Positions 62,743 to 64,000 of a stretch of 64,000 bases of DNA are shown here, piece after piece (the stretch's first letter is position 1; each line of letters starts with the position of its first letter). Both the position numbers and the translations under genes were made by a program. The notes beneath the pieces are model-generated. The model was not told the DNA's origin. It saw nothing but the letters and a program-made list of their open reading frames with translations, and made no database searches. Source of the stretch: an uncultured delta proteobacterium (GTDB lineage Bacteria > Desulfobacterota > Binatia > Binatales > Binataceae); NCBI GenBank assembly GCA_963808235.1, contig CAWEEQ010000004.1:736001-800000 (forward strand). The letters are read 5' to 3'.

Positions 62743-63738
62743 CTATTCTTCCGCCGGAGCATTTGCGAAGAACTGATGCCCGGTCAGATGCACGAACACG
62801 TCTTCGAGGGTGGGTTTGCCGAATGAGACTGATTCGACCTCATCGCCAAATGCGTCGACAAGATCGCGAACCAGTTCGTGCCCGCGAAGGCGTTCAATCC
62901 GAATCGTCCCATCGACCAATTGGCTCTTGAGCTTGAAGCGTTGGAGAATTTTTCGCTGCAGAACTTCAGACGCCTCGGTGCGGATCACGATCACGTCGCC
63001 GCCGACTTCCGACTTGAGTTCCGCGGGCGGTGCGATTGCGACCAGCTTCCCCTGGTGGAGAATTCCGATTCGATCGCATCGCTCGGCCTCTTCCATAAAG
63101 TGTGTCGTCAGCACCACGGTCACGCCGTCATGCTCGCGCAGGTAGCCGAGGTAATTGAAAAACTCGCGGCGCGCCGCCGGATCGAGACCGGTGCTCGGCT
63201 CATCGAGCAGCAACAGTTCCGGCTCGTGCAGGAGCGCCTTGGCGAGCTCGACGCGCCGCTGAAGTCCGCCCGACAGCGTCTCGACCAGGTCGCGTGCGCG
63301 TGGTGAGAGCCCGAGCCGCTCGAGCATCGCGGCAGTGCGCTCGCGCAGGCGCTTTCCGGTGATTCCATATAGATGTGCGTGAGCGGCAAGGTTCTCTGCC
63401 ACGGTCAGCTTGCCGTCGAGACTCGGATGCTGAAACACGACTCCGAGCTGGCGCCGCACCGAACTCGTTTCACCAGCGAGATCATGCCCGAGCATCCGCA
63501 CGATCCCGGACTGAATCGGCACCAGCGTCGAGAGCAACTTGAAAAGCGTCGTCTTGCCGCCGCCATTCGGACCGAGAAAGCTGAAAATTTCGCCGCGCGC
63601 AACCGTGAAACTTACGTCTGAGAGCGCCGCCCGCTCGCCGTAGCGAAAACCAACCGCGCTCGCGTCGATCGCGGACGAACTGCCACCTGCGGCGTGTTCA
63701 GCAGGTTCTGATCGATTAGAAATTGTCGAGGCGCCCAT
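62743..63738 (-). CDS. ABC exporter ATP-binding protein
   Basis: GPNGGGKTT, LSGGLQRR, LDEPSTGLD, TTHFMEEA, PTLEDVF. Confidence 0.95.
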   Translation of the reverse strand: MGASTISNRSEPAEHAAGGSSSAIDASAVGFRYGERAALSDVSFTVARGEIFSFLGPNGGGKTTLFKLLSTLVPIQSGIVRMLGHDLAGETSSVRRQLGVVFQHPSLDGKLTVAENLAAHAHLYGITGKRLRERTAAMLERLGLSPRARDLVETLSGGLQRRVELAKALLHEPELLLLDEPSTGLDPAARREFFNYLGYLREHDGVTVVLTTHFMEEAERCDRIGILHQGKLVAIAPPAELKSEVGGDVIVIRTEASEVLQRKILQRFKLKSQLVDGTIRIERLRGHELVRDLVDAFGDEVESVSFGKPTLEDVFVHLTGHQFFANAPAEE

Positions 63739-63834
63739 GGTCAGAGATTAGGATTGATTATCATCTGCCGGTGCTCCCGCCGCAAACGGCGAAGCAGTCA
63801 CCAGCCGTGACAACCAGCCGCCGGAGATAAACCT

Positions 63835-63999
63835 TTACGGCTCGCCGAGTCCGCCCGCCGGCCGCGAGCCTTGCTCGGGCAGCCCGACTTCTGCGCGGTG
63901 CCATCCGTCCTGAAATGCGGTGGTGCGCTCCGCGCCGTTGCCGTGACCGGAGGCATGGCCGACGAAGTCGTCGCCGGTCATCAGGTAGTAGCGCGTAAT
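63835..63999 (-). CDS. C-terminal fragment of a gene truncated by the window end; possibly a neutral zinc metallopeptidase
   Basis: ITRYYLMTGDDFVGHASGHGNGAERTTAFQDGW loosely resembles the GDD...HG..xxR...F..G tail of YpfJ-like peptidases. Confidence 0.35.
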   Translation of the reverse strand: MTRYYLMTGDDFVGHASGHGNGAERTTAFQDGWHRAEVGLPEQGSRPAGGLGEP

Positions 64000-64000
64000 T

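Overview
High-GC bacterial chromosome segment. The gene content (amidohydrolase_2, LLM oxidoreductase, CaiB CoA-transferase, zinc-ribbon/cyclase/ATPase protein, pcm-nlpD-apt order) suggests a Deltaproteobacteria-like soil lineage such as Candidatus Binatota; this is inference only. Housekeeping blocks are the uvrA 3' end, an M16 peptidase pair, eno-gpmI, alr-purH-purD-tsaC-DUF1015-His phosphatase, TPP riboswitch-thiSGE, pcm-nlpD-apt-CDF, gatCAB, yraN-serS, PHO box-pstCAB-phoU-phoBR, tRNA-Arg(ACG) and ppk2. Accessory genes lie between them: a RelE/Phd toxin-antitoxin pair, secreted ORFans and catabolic enzymes. The most notable structure is a DUF559 (Vsr-like) endonuclease gene bracketed by two 87-bp direct repeats (79/87 identical), each built of hairpins, with a related solo repeat about 21 kb away; this is a candidate nuclease/repeat (REP/RAYT-like) system. 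Four +1 frameshifts (tsaC, amidohydrolase, two in serS) most likely reflect sequencing error. No CRISPR array, prophage, integrase or intact IS was found.
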